This document shows, in pieces, positions 36,268 to 40,000 of a DNA stretch of 40,000 nucleotides. The stretch spans positions 76,354 through 116,353 of the forward strand of contig NZ_JBCLVH010000012.1 in the NCBI RefSeq assembly GCF_039548255.1. Direction: 5' to 3'. The number at the start of each line of letters is the position of its first letter. Position 1 is the stretch's first letter. The DNA is from Lentibacillus songyuanensis. GTDB lineage: Bacteria; Bacillota; Bacilli; Bacillales; Amphibacillaceae. The position numbers and the translations under genes are program-made. A model generated the notes under the pieces. It did no database searches. It was not told the origin of the DNA and saw only the letters and a program-made list of their open reading frames with translations.

Positions 36268-39200
36268 ATGACGAAGTATAGTAGTAAAAGCTTTGTTTCT
36301 TTGGTGAAAGAAATTGATGCTGATTATAGAGTCCAGAGAGATAGAGGCACTTTGTTTGAGCTATTAGTGAAAACATATTTGGAAAATGAACCAATATATC
36401 AAAGGCTTTTTGAAGCAGTGTGGATGTTAAACGAAGTACCAAATGAATATGGTATTCCTAAAGCTGATACTGGTGTTGATTTAGTTGCGAAAAAGAAAAA
36501 GACAGGTGAATTAGTAGCTATTCAGGCGAAATATTATGAGGAAGAAACTAGAATTCAAAAGTCACATATCGATTCTTTTTTGAATGAAGTGGGTAAGAGT
36601 TATTATTCTGAAGGTCTTATTGTGACGACTACAGATAAATGGTCCGAAAATGCTGATAATGCTTTGAACGATAGAGATAAAAAAATCATGCGTATTTCTT
36701 TATCCCAATTAAAGGAAAGTTTGATTGATTGGTCAGAGTTCAGTTTTGCAGAACCTGAGAAAGTTGTTTTACAAGAAAAAAAGACTCCTCGTCCACATCA
36801 GAAACCGGCAATTGAATCAGTAGTAGACGGATTTCAAACGGTTGATCGTGGAAAGCTAATTATGGCTCCGGGTACTGGGAAAACTTTTACTTCGATGGCT
36901 ATAGCAGAAAGAATGGCGAAACAATCTAATAATACTTTTAAAGTTCTGTATCTTGTTCCGAGCATCCAGTTGTTGTCACAGACTTTAAGAAGTTGGAACG
37001 CTGATATTGATTTTAATATGGATTCTATAGCGGTTTGTTCAGATAGAAAAGTGACTAAAGAACAAATAGGAACAGAAATTGAAGACATAGCAACTTCAGA
37101 TATAGGTTTTCCAGCTACGACAAATACAGAAAAATTATTAGATTATCAACGGACAATTGAATCAAAGAGCATACAACCAGAGTTTATTTCTGTGTTTTCC
37201 ACATACCAATCAATAGATGTCATAATCGAAGCACAACAAAATGGTTTTTATGAATTTGATTTGATTATATGTGATGAAGCCCATCGAACAACGGGTGCGA
37301 CTGAACTAAACCAAGAAGCATCAGCTTTTACGAAAGTACATAGTAATGACAATGTTAAAGCGAAAAAACGTCTGTATCAAACAGCGACCCCAAGGGTATA
37401 TGGAGAAGATGCAAAGAGAAAAGCAGAAGAGAAGTCAGTTGTGATAGCTGATATGAATGATCCAGAAACCTATGGTGAAGAGTTTTATCGGATAGGGTTT
37501 GGGGATGCAATAAGGAAAGGAATACTCTCAGATTATAAAGTAATGGTTTTAGCTGTTGAGGAAGACGTGATAGCACGAAGATTCCAAGACATTTTTTCTA
37601 AAACTAAATCAGGATTACAATTTGATGATGTTACAAAAATTGTCGGTTGTTGGAATGGGTTAGTAAAACGAGATGGGAATACTAATAAAACATTGGGTCA
37701 ACCTATGAAAAGAGCAATTGCGTTTACAGGAACGATAAAGGACTCAAAAAAAATAACAGATATGTTTTCAACAGTTGTCGATGAGTATTTATACAATGAA
37801 GATAATTCACTTTCCAATCAATTTAGCATAGATATAGAACATGCTGACGGATCTATGAATGCTGTTGAAAAAAATGAAAAAATTGATTGGTTAAAAAGTG
37901 ATGTACCAGATAATACTTGTCGCGTACTTTCCAATGCTCGCTTTCTAACAGAAGGTGTTGACGTGCCAGACCTTGATGCTGTTATGTTTCTAAAACCTCG
38001 TAAATCAAAAATAGATATAGCACAAGCTGTAGGTAGGGTGATGCGACAAGCAGAAGGGAAAGATTATGGATATATAATCCTACCAATTGGTATACCTTCA
38101 GGATCAGAGGCACATTCTATTTTGGATAATAATGAAAAATATCAAGTGGTTTGGGAAATTTTGAATGCTTTACGATCAATAGATGAGCGATTTGACGCAA
38201 CAATAAATAAACTAGAGCTAAATAAAAAGAAACCTAGCCAAATAGAAATAATTGGTGTGGGTGAAGCTCCAGGAGATTACTTAACTGAGCCAGAACATGG
38301 TAGTGAACAATTAGTCGCAGATTTGTCAGAGGAAAACTTAAGTGATTTAGAACGTGCTATATATGGAAAAATTGTTCAAAAAGTTGGAAATGTACGTTAT
38401 TGGGAGCAATGGTCAGAAGATGTTGCGAAAATTGCTCAGCAGCACATGACCCGCATAAATGCCATGTTAGAAAACAAGGAAAGCAAAACGTATAAAGAAT
38501 TTCAAAAGTTTATGAAAAGTATTCGACATAATATAAATGATTCTATTTCTGAACAGCAAGCGATTGAGATGTTAGCACAACATTTAATAACAAAACCAGT
38601 TTTTGAAGCACTCTTTGAATCATACAGCTTTGTGAATAACAACCCCGTTTCGCAAGCAATGGAATCGATATTAGATGTATTAGATAAACAAGGTTTATTA
38701 AAGGAACAAGAAAAGTTAGAAGACTTTTATGAAAGTGTCCGTGTCCGTGCGGAAGGTATTGATAACTTAAAAGCAAAACAAGATATTATAGTTCAGCTTT
38801 ACGACAAATTCTTTAAAGTTGGTTTTAAAGAAACAACAGAACGATTAGGAATTGTTTTCACACCGACAGAAGTGGTAGATTTCATCATTCATTCAGTAGA
38901 TGGTGTTTTAAAACAACACTTTGGGAAATCACTGGCTAGTGAAGGGGTTCATGTATTAGATCCATTTACTGGTACAGGAACTTTTGTTACACGCTTGCTT
39001 CAAAGCGGTTTAATTCCTAAAGAAGACTTACTAAGAAAATATACACAAGAGATTCATGCAAATGAGATCGTATTATTAAGTTACTATATTGCAGCAATTA
39101 ACATAGAAGAAACATTTCATAGTTTACATGAGGGCGATTATGTACCTTTCGAAGGGATTGTTTTAACAGATACATTTGAAAGTACAGAGAATAACGGGTC

Positions 39201-40000
39201 TTTCATGGATGAATTGTTTGATGAAAATAATGAGAGATTGAAGCGACAGCAAAACGATCCTATATTCGCAATTATAGGAAATCCTCCTTATTCTATAGGT
39301 CAATCAAGTGTTAATACAGGTGTTCAAAATGTTAAATATCCCATTTTGGATAAATCGATTGATGAAACATATGCAAAATATTCTAAAGCTAAATTAAAGA
39401 AATCTCTTTATGATCAATATATAAAAGCATTTAAATGGGCTAGCAATCGCATTAATGATAAAGGTGTAATTGGATTTGTATCAAACGCATCTTTTATAGA
39501 TAGTCAAGCAACAGATGGACTAAGAAAATGCTGGCATGAGGAGTTTAATCATATATATGTGTTTAACTTAAGAGGTGACCAAAGAACGCAAGGAGAAAGG
39601 TCACGACAAGAGGGCGGCAAAATATTTGATGCAGGAAGCAGAGCGCCTATTGCTATTACCTTACTTATAAAGGATGGGTCAGACAGCCATGAAATAAACT
39701 ACTATGATATTGGAGAATATTTAAAACGAGAAGAGAAGTTAGAAATTATCGACCAGTATAAATCAATTGAAGATATATCTTGGAAAAAAATAGAACCGGA
39801 TAATAATAATGATTGGATAAATCAACGTGATAAAAACTACGAACAGTTTATTCCTTTTATTAATAATGAGAAAAAAGAATCTGGTGTATTTTTAGATCAA
39901 TATACAGGTGTTTATCCAGCTAGAGATGCATGGGTAACTAATTTTTCAAAAGAGGAATTAGAAAAAAATACAAATCAAATGATTAATAATTATAATAATG
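36268..40000 (+). CDS. Type ISP restriction-modification enzyme (Mrr-like nuclease, SF2 helicase-like ATPase, gamma-class N6-adenine methyltransferase), 3'-truncated by the window edge
   Basis: The frame is open from ATG 36268 (RBS ggcaggag) to the window end, and the track lists no + strand ORF here. PD-(D/E)xK-like GVDLVA...AIQAKYY. Walker A MAPGTGKTF (about 36862). DEAH ICDEAHR (about 37270). MTase motif I VLDPFTGTGTF (about 38953) and in-frame NPPY (39280-39291). Confidence 0.85.
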   Translation, partial: MTKYSSKSFVSLVKEIDADYRVQRDRGTLFELLVKTYLENEPIYQRLFEAVWMLNEVPNEYGIPKADTGVDLVAKKKKTGELVAIQAKYYEEETRIQKSHIDSFLNEVGKSYYSEGLIVTTTDKWSENADNALNDRDKKIMRISLSQLKESLIDWSEFSFAEPEKVVLQEKKTPRPHQKPAIESVVDGFQTVDRGKLIMAPGTGKTFTSMAIAERMAKQSNNTFKVLYLVPSIQLLSQTLRSWNADIDFNMDSIAVCSDRKVTKEQIGTEIEDIATSDIGFPATTNTEKLLDYQRTIESKSIQPEFISVFSTYQSIDVIIEAQQNGFYEFDLIICDEAHRTTGATELNQEASAFTKVHSNDNVKAKKRLYQTATPRVYGEDAKRKAEEKSVVIADMNDPETYGEEFYRIGFGDAIRKGILSDYKVMVLAVEEDVIARRFQDIFSKTKSGLQFDDVTKIVGCWNGLVKRDGNTNKTLGQPMKRAIAFTGTIKDSKKITDMFSTVVDEYLYNEDNSLSNQFSIDIEHADGSMNAVEKNEKIDWLKSDVPDNTCRVLSNARFLTEGVDVPDLDAVMFLKPRKSKIDIAQAVGRVMRQAEGKDYGYIILPIGIPSGSEAHSILDNNEKYQVVWEILNALRSIDERFDATINKLELNKKKPSQIEIIGVGEAPGDYLTEPEHGSEQLVADLSEENLSDLERAIYGKIVQKVGNVRYWEQWSEDVAKIAQQHMTRINAMLENKESKTYKEFQKFMKSIRHNINDSISEQQAIEMLAQHLITKPVFEALFESYSFVNNNPVSQAMESILDVLDKQGLLKEQEKLEDFYESVRVRAEGIDNLKAKQDIIVQLYDKFFKVGFKETTERLGIVFTPTEVVDFIIHSVDGVLKQHFGKSLASEGVHVLDPFTGTGTFVTRLLQSGLIPKEDLLRKYTQEIHANEIVLLSYYIAAINIEETFHSLHEGDYVPFEGIVLTDTFESTENNGSFMDELFDENNERLKRQQNDPIFAIIGNPPYSIGQSSVNTGVQNVKYPILDKSIDETYAKYSKAKLKKSLYDQYIKAFKWASNRINDKGVIGFVSNASFIDSQATDGLRKCWHEEFNHIYVFNLRGDQRTQGERSRQEGGKIFDAGSRAPIAITLLIKDGSDSHEINYYDIGEYLKREEKLEIIDQYKSIEDISWKKIEPDNNNDWINQRDKNYEQFIPFINNEKKESGVFLDQYTGVYPARDAWVTNFSKEELEKNTNQMINNYNN

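Larger units (their letters stand above)
29728..40000 (-). mobile_element. Integrative mobilizable element (Tn916-type DNA-processing module plus defence/anti-defence cargo); the left boundary is approximate and the right end lies beyond the window
   Basis: int-xis-orf-Rep_trans-IR-rich gap-FtsK-like ATPase-small ORF on the - strand, then AT-rich + strand cargo. Orientation and content are unrelated to the phage operon. Confidence 0.7.

Noticed and set aside
36203-38776. - strand ORFs (36203-36442, 36834-37088, 37355-37576, 38543-38776)
   Set aside because: They are nested antisense within the continuous Type ISP reading frame.
1-40000. Search for tRNA, rRNA, tmRNA or CRISPR arrays
   Set aside because: I recognised no cloverleaf-like GC-rich 70-90-nt segment, no rRNA-like region and no repeat-spacer array by eye. 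A tRNAscan or covariance-model run would be needed to be certain.

Overview
The window is moderately AT-rich with Firmicutes-style GGAGG ribosome-binding sites, and it holds two adjacent mobile elements. (1) About 1-29.5 kb is the complete late operon, all on the + strand, of a PBSX/skin-like contractile-tailed prophage or phage-like element. In order it encodes a ParB-methyltransferase fusion, terS, terL, portal, head morphogenesis protein, XkdF-like protease/scaffold, capsid, connectors, sheath, tube, a chaperone pair with a programmed -1 frameshift, a 1572-aa tape measure, a LysM protein, baseplate XkdQ-U homologues, fibre genes and a lysis cassette. Between the distal tail-fibre genes and the lysis cassette sits a complete diversity-generating retroelement (DGR). 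Its parts are a C-type-lectin/FGE-fold target gene (23969-25027) with a 125-bp variable repeat (VR), avd (25103-25444), a template repeat (TR, 25471-25595) and a reverse transcriptase (25754-26842). By hand alignment, 13 of the 14 VR/TR mismatches fall on TR adenines in AAY codons, which is the signature of mutagenic retrohoming. This is the most interesting system in the window: an apparently active DGR diversifying the receptor-binding tip of a PBSX-type contractile particle. (2) About 29.7 kb to the window end is a separate, more AT-rich integrative mobilizable element. On the - strand it carries a tyrosine integrase, Xis, a Rep_trans-type relaxase broken by two frameshifts, a candidate oriT, an FtsK/SpoIIIE-type ATPase and a small conserved ORF. 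On the + strand it carries cargo: an unknown 243-aa protein, a structured leader, a RadC-like JAB protein and a Type ISP restriction-modification enzyme truncated by the window end. I saw no rRNA, tRNA or CRISPR array. All family assignments come from motif recognition by eye and gene order, not from database searches.
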